DNA of 34,179 nucleotides. It comes from Gaiellaceae bacterium (GTDB lineage Bacteria > Actinomycetota > Thermoleophilia > Gaiellales > Gaiellaceae). Both the position numbers and the translations under genes were made by a program. The stretch covers positions 1 to 34,179 of the forward strand of contig DATFQE010000283.1 of assembly GCA_035264445.1 (NCBI GenBank). Direction: 5' to 3'. Positions 18,801-25,094 of the stretch are shown here, one piece after another; position 1 is the stretch's first letter; every line of letters starts with the position of its first letter. Below the pieces are notes generated by a model, which was given only the letters and a program-made list of their open reading frames with translations, was not told where the DNA came from and did no database searches.

Positions 18801-18963
18801 GCTCGACCTCGGCGAGGTACAGCGGTTGGCCGAAGACTCCACCTCGTTTGCGCGGACGGTGACCGACGCGCTTCGGCTCTTCGAGGCCAAAGGCCACGTC
18901 GTCCTCGCGGAGCGGGCACGCGCGTTTCTGCGGCAGTCGGCGGTGGGGCTTCGGCGTGCTTGA
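15853..18963 (+). CDS. Multidomain signalling protein: zinc ribbon, class III adenylate/guanylate cyclase, P-loop STAND/AAA ATPase, TPR-like repeats
   Basis: N-terminus CPSCGAENREGARFCDACG. Cyclase core VTVLFSDVVGSTSL...GGTLAKFVGDAVLAVFG...GVNTGPV...GDTANVAARL. Walker A LLGAAGVGKSRL and Walker B LVVLLDDVHW. A long helical-repeat C-terminus follows, with no LuxR-type HTH visible. Confidence 0.9.
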   Translation: MVTCPSCGAENREGARFCDACGRSVTLAQAAEPFRKTVTVLFSDVVGSTSLGEQLDPEALTQLMTEYFAAMQPIVERHGGTLAKFVGDAVLAVFGIPTLHEDDALRAVSAAVEMRAELVRLNEDLERRFGVALSTRAGVNTGPVAGVGLVPDRNFVAGDTANVAARLQQLADGGDILLGDGTYRLIRHAVDADLLPQMELKGKAAPATVYRLREVRSAEGLPRRLQAPIIGREAERGQLAGAWERVVVEGTPHLFTLLGAAGVGKSRLSEEFLASLDGAGVVRGHCLPYGDGITFWPVVEMLVQLLGRDPTARLEELGVDPVAGERIAALLGRRYDASSVDDLFWAVRKTLEAAAARTPLVVLLDDVHWGEEAFLDLVEHIADWTREAPILLLCLARPDLIERRPAWVDARPNATSVLLQPLSQEESELLVEGLHGRLDEHLRRRILAAADGNPLFLEEMVAMVEHGGDVSVVPPTIHALLAARLDQLPAGERAVLERAAIEGQVFHYGALRALLPDEPELSTRLQALVRKELLRHERPQFEGEDAFRFRHLLIRDAAYEALPKRARAELHGRYADWLDRHGGALVEREELAGYHLEQSHRYALELGAADAQALETAARAADLLTVAGRRAFARGDMTAAAGLLRRAAALLETDPPRRLELLPELGRALRFSGDGAGAAEVLRSAVDEAAASGDRRLEQLSRVEQALLRLNMDPDVATEDTIAVAERALAAFSELGDEGGLARAWSLVGHANWLLCRSERMEDAFTRALESAERAGDLREEGWILRMLALVYCHGPTPVEQAIARCEEILERGRGHVAIEVSTRAKIAMLEAMRGHFGLARELYRYGRAVGEEFGAGPVLAALPNYSGPIELLAGDAEAAERELRAGCRALEELGETSVLSTSQALLARTLEHVGRLDEAEEHTILSQRNASRDDVASQATWRAVRARVLARRGELEPALQLARDAVAIVDRTDFLVWRGEALLDLGEVQRLAEDSTSFARTVTDALRLFEAKGHVVLAERARAFLRQSAVGLRRA

Positions 18964-19013
18964 CTGCGGTTTCGCATCGGGGATACGCTCGCCGCCGACA
19001 AGGGAGGAACGCG

Positions 19014-19346
19014 ATGAGTACGTTTGGCGAGCAACCCGAGCCGCCGGGACGGGACGCCGACGAGGAGGCTGGGTCGATCGAGCCGCCGCAGTCGCCTGCA
19101 GAGGAGGCCGGCGAGGAGGCTGGTTCGATCGAGCCGCCGCAGTCGCCTGCAGAGGAGGCCGGCGAGGAGGCGGGGTCGATCGAGCCGCCGAAGCGTCCCG
19201 AGGAGGAGGCGGAGGAGGAGGTCGGCTCGATCGAGCCGACGTACCCGGAGGCCGAGGAGGAGACGGGGTCGATCGAGCCGCCGCAATCGCCCGCCGAGGA
19301 GGCTGAAGACGAGGCGGGGTCGATCGAGCCACCGCAGGCCGGATAG
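19014..19346 (+). CDS. Acidic Glu/Pro-rich tandem-repeat peptide (110 aa) with six GSIEP(P/T) units
   Basis: AGGGAGG (19001-19007) lies 6 nt before ATG 19014. This frame uses preferred codons (GAG, CCG, TCG, ATC), whereas the overlapping 19024 frame is full of rare AGG/CGA codons. The product reads MSTFGEQPEPPGRDAD(EEAGSIEPPQSPAEEAG)x2 followed by variant units. The stop is TAG at 19344-19346. Confidence 0.6.
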   Translation: MSTFGEQPEPPGRDADEEAGSIEPPQSPAEEAGEEAGSIEPPQSPAEEAGEEAGSIEPPKRPEEEAEEEVGSIEPTYPEAEEETGSIEPPQSPAEEAEDEAGSIEPPQAG

Positions 19347-20484
19347 AGCCCGATCCAGCATCGAGCCGCCCGCGCGCCCGCCCGCGTATGTCCGACGCAC
19401 GCGGTTCCTCTTCCTGCGGCCTCAGGACGACGGCTCGCTCCTCGCCGTCTCCGTTCTCAAGGGCGAGGAGATCCCACTGAGCGAGGAGCAGGCGCGGCTA
19501 CTGCGCGCGGTTCCGGCCGATCGATGGATCCCCCTCGAAGAGAATCGCGACTCCGCAGGTTTGCTGGATCTCGCCCGGGAGGGCCTCGTCGTCACCGACG
19601 GCCCCGACGAGACGCTGGCCGAATTCCGTCGCCGCGACGAAGAGCTCGCCGCCCCCGCGTGGAACCGGTACGCGGCGCTATACCACTCGATGACGCGCTG
19701 GAAGGGCGTTCGCGCGGTCATCGCTGGGGCGGCTCCGCTACCGCGGACGCGGGGCCGCTGGCCTCCTCCGCCTCACTTCCATCGCCTTCCGCACGCCAGC
19801 GGCACGGCCCGGCTCCCGCTGGTCGATCCTCCAGGCCCGCTCTACGACTTGTTGCGCAGGAGGAAGACCGGTCGTGGCTTCGACATCGGCGCGTCACTCT
19901 CGCTCGACGAGCTGGCGACGGTGCTGCGCTACGTATGGGGGTGCCACGGCACCCACGAGGTCGCGCCTGAGCTGACGATCCTAAAGAAGACGAGCCCGTC
20001 GGGCGGCTCGCAGCACCCAGTCGAGGTGTATCCCCTTGTACGCGCCGTGGACGGCGTCGAGCCCGGGGTCTACCACTACGCGGTCGACGCACACGAGCTC
20101 GAGCTGCTCCAGTCCCTGGCCGGTGAGGAGGCCGCCGACCTAGTCGTCGAGCTCACCGCCGGTCAGGAGCACTTCCGCGCCGCCCAGGTGCTATTCCTGC
20201 TGACGGCACGGTTCGCGAGGAACTTCTGGAAGTACCAGGCGCATGCGAAAGCGTACCGAGCCGTCCTCTTCGACGCGGCCCACCTGAGCCAGACGCTCTA
20301 CCTCGTCTGTGCCGACCTCGGCCTGGGAGCGTTCGTGTCTGGGGCGATCAACGAGCAGGACATCGACCGGCGCCTCGGCCTGCGCGCCTTCACGGAGGCG
20401 GCGATTCTCGTGTGCGGCTGCGGCCGGCCAAACCCCTCTGACCGCGAACCGCCCTACCGCCCGTATACACCGCGGGAAGGTTGA
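19024..20484 (+). CDS. SagB/ThcOx-type dehydrogenase (nitroreductase fold); true start unclear
   Basis: Conserved body from about 19384 (YVRRTRFLFLRPQDD...). SagB-like motifs: LLRRRKTGRGF, KKTSPSGGSQHPVEVYPLV, GVYHYAVDAHELELL, AAHLSQTLYLVCADLGLGAFVSGAINE. The only ATG/GTG/TTG in frame before Met 19690 is ATG 19024. That start would add about 120 Arg-rich codons read out of frame through the repeat array, which is probably not real. Confidence 0.85.
   Translation: MASNPSRRDGTPTRRLGRSSRRSRLQRRPARRLVRSSRRSRLQRRPARRRGRSSRRSVPRRRRRRRSARSSRRTRRPRRRRGRSSRRNRPPRRLKTRRGRSSHRRPDRARSSIEPPARPPAYVRRTRFLFLRPQDDGSLLAVSVLKGEEIPLSEEQARLLRAVPADRWIPLEENRDSAGLLDLAREGLVVTDGPDETLAEFRRRDEELAAPAWNRYAALYHSMTRWKGVRAVIAGAAPLPRTRGRWPPPPHFHRLPHASGTARLPLVDPPGPLYDLLRRRKTGRGFDIGASLSLDELATVLRYVWGCHGTHEVAPELTILKKTSPSGGSQHPVEVYPLVRAVDGVEPGVYHYAVDAHELELLQSLAGEEAADLVVELTAGQEHFRAAQVLFLLTARFARNFWKYQAHAKAYRAVLFDAAHLSQTLYLVCADLGLGAFVSGAINEQDIDRRLGLRAFTEAAILVCGCGRPNPSDREPPYRPYTPREG
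19062..19371 (+). repeat. Imperfect tandem DNA repeat, 51-nt unit (range 42-57 nt), six copies plus a seventh partial copy beyond the stop codon
   Basis: The first two units (19062-19112 and 19113-19163) differ at one position. Every unit contains TCGATCGAGCC(G/A)(C/A)CG. A seventh copy of the motif, GCATCGAGCCGCCC (19358-19371), lies after TAG 19344 and is in the downstream gene's frame. Confidence 0.9.
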
Positions 20485-20770
20485 CGACGCTCTGATTTCC
20501 CGAGCAGCGGCGAGTCAGTCAGGCACTACGGCTGGCGCCTGCTCTGGCAGCTGGAGAACTGCTAAGCGCTGCTCGTCGCCTGGGAGGTCGAGCCGTACAG
20601 CACGGCCCTGGAATGCGACCTGCTCGAGGAGTTCATCGAGACGTAAGGAAGGCTGCCTTCGCAAACCTCAAGCGCGGCCACCAGAACGCTCCTCACCCAC
20701 CTGATGGAACAGGCGAGTTAGGCCACTATCGGGCCACAACCGGCCGACCGCGGCTCCCGACTCCCCGACA

Positions 20771-20795
20771 GAAAACCCCGCCTGAGCGGGGCTTC
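20771..20795 (-). terminator. Intrinsic-terminator-like hairpin directly 3' of the tRNA fragment of copy D
   Basis: Minus strand reads CATCCGC-TCCTCGAAGAAG-CCCCGC-TCAG-GCGGGG-TTTTCTGTC: a 6-bp GC stem (20776-20781 pairing with 20786-20791), a tetraloop and a U-run. This is the context expected downstream of a genuine tRNA gene. Confidence 0.5.
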
Positions 20796-20802
20796 TTCGA
20801 GG

Positions 20803-20986
20803 AGCGGATGATGGGACTCGAACCCACGACCTTCTGCATGGCACACCCTCAAGCGAGTCAGCCTGTCCCAGAAACCTCCTATTTGAGCCATTCTGGCGTC
20901 AGCGGCGCTAGGTTAGATTTGCGTATTCGGGGACAAAACCGGGGACAAGAAACGTTGTCACAAATAGGCGAAGCCAATTGCGGGCG
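20803..20986 (-). repeat. Composite-repeat copy D (C/D subfamily; tRNA core and right arm present, left arm replaced by a terminator)
   Basis: The 40-nt block 20804-20843 is identical to copies B and E. The internal region is homologous to copy C (CAGAAACC...TGAGC.ATTCT.GCG). Then come TAGGTTAGATTTGCGTATTC, GGGGACAA at 20929 and 20941, AACGTTGTCACA and TTGCGGGCG (20978-20986). Confidence 0.8.
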
Positions 20987-21049
20987 CCTGCACAACAGGA
21001 GCTTGCAGGCCAAAGAACGCGGTCGAATCGGCCAGATGAAAGGCGGTAG

Positions 21050-21250
21050 TCGTTACGAGAGGAGGTGGTCGGCGAGGTCTCCGCCTTCGAGGTCGCCGCG
21101 AAGACGGGCATTAGCGGCGGGGCGGCGCGGCGGTACTTCGAGTAGCTCGCCGGGTCCGGGCTGATCGAGCTCATGCTCCACGACCGCGCGATCGGCCGCC
21201 CGGAGCACCTCTATCGCTACGTGCCGCCGCCGTCTGCGCGCGTTCGCTGA
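21050..21250 (+). pseudogene. Remnant of a CitB/DcuR-type response regulator gene (C-terminal HTH only, with an in-frame stop)
   Basis: It translates to SLREEVVGEVSAFEVAAKTGISGGAARRYFE*LAGSGLIELMLHDRAIGRPEHLYRYVPP. This aligns with the C-terminus of the intact regulator at 30783-31472 (AERAGISRGTARRYLEYLAGTGAVELSLRYGATGRPEHLYRW), about 24 of 41 identical by eye. TAG at 21143-21145 replaces the Tyr codon TAC. No receiver domain lies upstream. Confidence 0.7.
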
Positions 21251-21495
21251 GAACTACGAGCCCGCCCGCTCGGACGACGATCGATCCGCGTCGTTCCCCG
21301 ATTGAGCGCCGCTTCGCCCCGCGCGGTGAGCTCCACCCTGGACGCGCGGATCCGCACTAGCCCGTCGCGGACCGCGTCCTCCCAGATGGGGAGACGAGGA
21401 CAACTCGTCCGCCATGCCTCCATTGTCTCTCGGTACGTCCGCGGCGCACTCGCAATCCATACGAGCAGATCACGCGTCAGCGGCGTTGTTTCCAT
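21217..21495 (-). CDS. Hypothetical protein (92 aa)
   Basis: ATG-initiated ORF METTPLTRDLLVWIASAPRTYRETMEAWRTSCPRLPIWEDAVRDGLVRI..., protein-like in its first ~65 aa. The C-terminal tail is Arg/Ser-rich and overlaps the regulator remnant, so the true end is uncertain. Confidence 0.45.
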   Translation of the reverse strand: METTPLTRDLLVWIASAPRTYRETMEAWRTSCPRLPIWEDAVRDGLVRIRASRVELTARGEAALNRGTTRIDRRPSGRARSSQRTRADGGGT

Positions 21496-21819
21496 ACGCC
21501 CAGCCTAGAGCAGCGGCGGCGGCCGGCGCACGCGTGGGATCGCCCATGCGGAATTCCCCTTCGTCTCGTGCGGCGGAGGATCGCGGCAGTGAGGGCAACC
21601 TCCCCGGCCGCTGCGCGCTGGCCAAAGAGATACGCGATGCCGAGCGCTGCCAGCGCGTCGAGACGTTCTTGCCGAGAGCGCTCGCGATAACCGTTGGACG
21701 CAGCGAGACGCGGCTGCGATGCAGGATGATCCCGGTGGTGAAGAGGCCGACCCCGACTCCACCGGCGGCCTGCCCCCACGAAGCCCGAGAGCCTCGTTCT
21801 CGAAAGGAGCTGACCTCCC

Positions 21820-23004
21820 TCAGCGTCGTGGCGCCAGGCCGCCCGCGGATGAGCGCTGGACGACGACGCCCGATGCCGCGAGGACTGCAGCCAGCAGCCA
21901 GAACGCCGCCGCCGACCCGGCCGCACCGGCGACGACGCCTGCCGCGGCCGGCGCCGCGATCTGACCGATCCGGTTACCGCTGATCCGGACCGACAGCGCC
22001 GTCGCGCGTGCGTCCGGCGGCACCAGCTGGGCGACGAGGGTCATCGACAACGGCTGGCCGAAGCCGAGACCGAATCCGGCGACGGCGCTGAGCGCGAGCA
22101 GCAGCGCGAGGTCGCTCAAGAGGGCGATTCCGGCGAACGCGAGACCGGACGCGAGTGCGCTGATCGTGATCAGGCGTAGTCGGCCGACGCGGGCGACGAT
22201 GCCGCCGATTCCGAGCCTGGCGGCCATCGAGGCCGCCGCGCGCACCGCCAGGAGCACGCTGACCGCGCCGGGCGTGATGCCCCGCTCCTCGCCGAGCACA
22301 GGCATGTACGCGGTGAAGATGTCCGCTGCGGCCAGCACGGCGACGCTGGCGAAGATCCCTGCCGGCACGCCGGGCGTCGCGAGAATCATCCGTACGCTGC
22401 CACTCCTCGTCTCGAGAGGGCGTACGACGGCCCCGGCGACCCGATGACGCTGGGCGAGGACGCCGCACACGGCCGCGGCCCCGGCGATCCCGGCTCCGAC
22501 GAGCATGGCGCGGCTCGTCGCGGCGGTGAGCGCGCTGCCGCTGCTGTCTCGTAGCACGGCGCCCGCGATCAATGGGCCGATCAGCTGCCCCAACGAGACG
22601 CCGGCGGTGAGTAGGCCGAAATGCTGGTCGTGTCGCTCCGGATGTGACTCCCGCGCGATCACGTCCTGGACGCCTAGCGCGACCGCGAGGTGACCGAGCC
22701 CCAGGATCGTGCTCGCGAGCGCCAGCGTCGCAGCGGTGTCCGCAACTGCGAGCAGCGCGCAGGCGGCGGCCTCGAATGCGCAGCCCACCGCGATCAAGGA
22801 CCCCGCATGGCGCCGGTCGGAGTACCGCCCGAGCGGAATCGCCGCGACTAGCGGCAGAACGGCGTACGCCGCCGCGACGAGCCCGACGTCGCCGGCGTCG
22901 TAGCCGAGGCTGAGGAGCCGGTAGGACGTGGTCGGGCGGACCACGTAGACGGCCGCCTGCCCGGCCGCCATCGCGAGCAACGCGTAGACGAGCCGGCGGC
23001 TCAA
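21820..23004 (-). CDS. MFS transporter
   Basis: 394 aa and highly hydrophobic, with about 12 TM segments. The MFS loop motif is LGRYSDRRHAG. The TTG start at 23004 directly follows the upstream stop. Confidence 0.85.
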   Translation of the reverse strand: MSRRLVYALLAMAAGQAAVYVVRPTTSYRLLSLGYDAGDVGLVAAAYAVLPLVAAIPLGRYSDRRHAGSLIAVGCAFEAAACALLAVADTAATLALASTILGLGHLAVALGVQDVIARESHPERHDQHFGLLTAGVSLGQLIGPLIAGAVLRDSSGSALTAATSRAMLVGAGIAGAAAVCGVLAQRHRVAGAVVRPLETRSGSVRMILATPGVPAGIFASVAVLAAADIFTAYMPVLGEERGITPGAVSVLLAVRAAASMAARLGIGGIVARVGRLRLITISALASGLAFAGIALLSDLALLLALSAVAGFGLGFGQPLSMTLVAQLVPPDARATALSVRISGNRIGQIAAPAAAGVVAGAAGSAAAFWLLAAVLAASGVVVQRSSAGGLAPRR

Positions 23005-23856
23005 CTACCCCGCGAGAAGTCGCTTCGCCTGCTCGTAGAACGGGATGTCGACGAACTCGCCGTCGACGAGCACGGCGCCCTCGCCGGCGGCGAGCGCCTG
23101 CTCGTACTCCTCCACCACCCGCCGCGCCCGGGCGAGCTCGTCGTCCGTCGGCGCGAAGACCTCGTTGAGGATCGGAATCTGGCTCGGGTGGACGCAGGGT
23201 GCGCCACGCAGGCCGAGCGCGCGCGAGCGCTCGGCGACCCGGCGAAACGCGTCGAGGTCGCCGAACTCCGTGATCGAGCCGACGAGGCCGATCGGGACGC
23301 GACCGGCCGCGATCGTGGCAGTCACGACCTGGAAGCTCGCGATCACGTTCCCGTCGCCGCCCGCCTCCATTCCGGTCGCGATCGTGAAGTCGCTCGAGCC
23401 GAGGCCGATCGCGACGACGCGGGGATGAGCGTTGGCGATCTCCGCTACGCGGAGCAGGCCCCTAGGCCCTTCGATGCGGGGGAAGAGGAGCATGTGTCCG
23501 ACCGGGAGCCCGCGTTCCTCCTCGACCGAGGCGGCCACCTCCGCCAAGCCGATGACATGCTCGGCCGAGTCGACCTTCGGCAGGACGAGGGCACGGACGT
23601 TCGGGTCGACGGCCGCCTCGATGTCCCGCACGGCCAGCCGCCACGGGCGGTTGATCCGGACGAGCACGTCGACGCCGGCCTCCGCGATCCTCGCGGCCGC
23701 CTCGCGAACAAGCGCCCGAGCGCGGTCCTTCTCGGACGGGGCGACCGCGTCCTCGAGCTCGAGGATGACCGCGTCCGCTCCGCGCTCGTGCGCTTTCGCG
23801 ACGAAGCGCTCCGACGTGACCGGCACGTAGAGGAGCGAGCGCCAGCGTGGGGTCAT
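23005..23856 (-). CDS. HpcH/HpaI aldolase / citrate lyase beta-subunit (CitE)-like acyl-CoA lyase
   Basis: RSLLYVPVTSERFVAKAHERGADAVILELEDAV, followed by LVRINRPW and IGLGSSDF, typical of the CitE / malyl-CoA / citramalyl-CoA lyase family. Confidence 0.88.
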   Translation of the reverse strand: MTPRWRSLLYVPVTSERFVAKAHERGADAVILELEDAVAPSEKDRARALVREAAARIAEAGVDVLVRINRPWRLAVRDIEAAVDPNVRALVLPKVDSAEHVIGLAEVAASVEEERGLPVGHMLLFPRIEGPRGLLRVAEIANAHPRVVAIGLGSSDFTIATGMEAGGDGNVIASFQVVTATIAAGRVPIGLVGSITEFGDLDAFRRVAERSRALGLRGAPCVHPSQIPILNEVFAPTDDELARARRVVEEYEQALAAGEGAVLVDGEFVDIPFYEQAKRLLAG

Positions 23857-25094
23857 ACAACGCCATCCTTCGCCAGCTCCGCGAGCTCGCGCTCGGAGAT
23901 TCCGAGCTCACCGTAGACCTCGGCGTTGTGCTCGCCCAGGTTCGGCGCCGGCCTCCGGATCGCTCCGGGGGTGCTCGAGAGCCGCGGCACGACGTTATGG
24001 AGCACGACACCATCCTCCGTCTCGACGATCGCCTCGCGAGCGCGGTAGTGCTGATCCTCGAGGATGTCGAGCGCGTCGTACACCGGCCCGATCGTCAGGC
24101 GGTTGTCCGCGGCGAGCGCGAGCAGCTCGTCACGCGTGAAGCGCGCGAATTCCTCGGCGAGCACGTCGTGGAGCCCGAGCCGGTTTGTCAGTCGCGCCTC
24201 GTAGGTCGCGAAGCGCGGGTCGAGCAGCAGGTCGTCGCGCCCGAGGGCCGCGAACAGCCGCGCGACCGTCTCGTCCGTGGCCGCGGAGACCGCGATCCAG
24301 TGCCCGTCGCCGGTCTGGAACGCGCCTCGGACCGATGAGACACCGGCGCCCTCGCCGCGCTGCCGGAGCTTCCCGCGAGCCGCGTAGGCCGTCGCGTCCG
24401 AGCCCATGATCGAGAACAACGGCTCGAACAGCGAGACGTCCACGACCTGCCCGCTCCCGCCGTTGACGCGCGCCTCCCAGAGAGCAGCCAGCGCCGCCGC
24501 AGCCGCATAGGTCCCGGCGACGGTGTCGGCGAGCGACGTCGGTGCCGAGGTCGGCGGACCGTCGAGCGTGCCGTTCAGGTACGTGAACCCCGAGTACGCC
24601 TCGGCGAGCGTGCCGAATCCCGGCTGCGCTGCCTTCGGGCCCGTCTGCCCCCAGCCGGTGATCCGCACGATCACGAGCCGCGGGTTGCGCTCGAGCAGCG
24701 TCTCGGGGCCGCCGATGAGCCGCTCGAGCACGCCCGGGGTGAAGTTCTCGGCGAGCACGTCGCCGGTCTCGGCGAGACGCAGGAGCAGCTCGCGTCCACG
24801 CGGCTTCGAGAGGTCGAGCGTGACGCTGCGCTTGTTCCGTGCGTACGCGCGCCAGTTCGCGTCGTAGCCGTCGACGGTGGTGTGGCGGAGCCCGTCGCCG
24901 CTACCCGGCCGCTCGACCTTGATCACGTCCGCGCCGAGATCGGCCAGGACGAGCCCGAGTTGGCCGCCGGAGATCAGCCTCGTGAGGTCGAGGACGCGAA
25001 CACCGGTGAGCGGGCCGCGCGCATCGGAGTCGAACCGCGCCTTGGGCAGGTCGAGGCGTGTCGGCTCGACCGTCGTCACTCGACCATCGAGCAC
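23853..25094 (-). CDS. Family III CoA-transferase (CaiB/BaiF type)
   Basis: GPLTGVRVLDLTRLISGGQLGLVLADLGADVIKVERPGSGD is the family N-terminal signature. Length is 413 aa. The GTG start is uncertain. Confidence 0.9.
   Translation of the reverse strand: MLDGRVTTVEPTRLDLPKARFDSDARGPLTGVRVLDLTRLISGGQLGLVLADLGADVIKVERPGSGDGLRHTTVDGYDANWRAYARNKRSVTLDLSKPRGRELLLRLAETGDVLAENFTPGVLERLIGGPETLLERNPRLVIVRITGWGQTGPKAAQPGFGTLAEAYSGFTYLNGTLDGPPTSAPTSLADTVAGTYAAAAALAALWEARVNGGSGQVVDVSLFEPLFSIMGSDATAYAARGKLRQRGEGAGVSSVRGAFQTGDGHWIAVSAATDETVARLFAALGRDDLLLDPRFATYEARLTNRLGLHDVLAEEFARFTRDELLALAADNRLTIGPVYDALDILEDQHYRAREAIVETEDGVVLHNVVPRLSSTPGAIRRPAPNLGEHNAEVYGELGISERELAELAKDGVV

Noticed and set aside
19336-19352. 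Programmed +1 ribosomal frameshift at GGA-TAG-A joining the repeat peptide to the SagB-like enzyme (prfB style).
   Set aside because: The P-site codon GGA cannot re-pair in the +1 frame (GAT), and there is no slippery run. The upstream SD-like GAGG sequences are part of every repeat. An indel, assembly error or genuine gene split is more parsimonious.
20613-21164. ORFs running through the repeat copies: 3078-3377, 3163-3561, 14970-15407, 20613-21164, 20908-21174, 31483-31839, 31713-31901. They include the conserved-looking peptides MMGLEPTTFCMA and TTFLVPGFVPEY.
   Set aside because: The apparent peptide conservation only reflects DNA-level conservation of the repeat (GLEPTT is the standard translation of an antisense tRNA T arm). 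Substitutions between copies are not synonymous-biased, and the frames differ between copies.
21496-21819. Possible gene remnant on the minus strand (ERLDALAALGIAYLFGQRAAAGEVALTAAILR) in the 324-bp gap upstream of the 92-aa hypothetical gene.
   Set aside because: Only about 35 protein-like residues, moderate GC3, and no start or family signature I can recognise. Noted as possible decay debris but not called.
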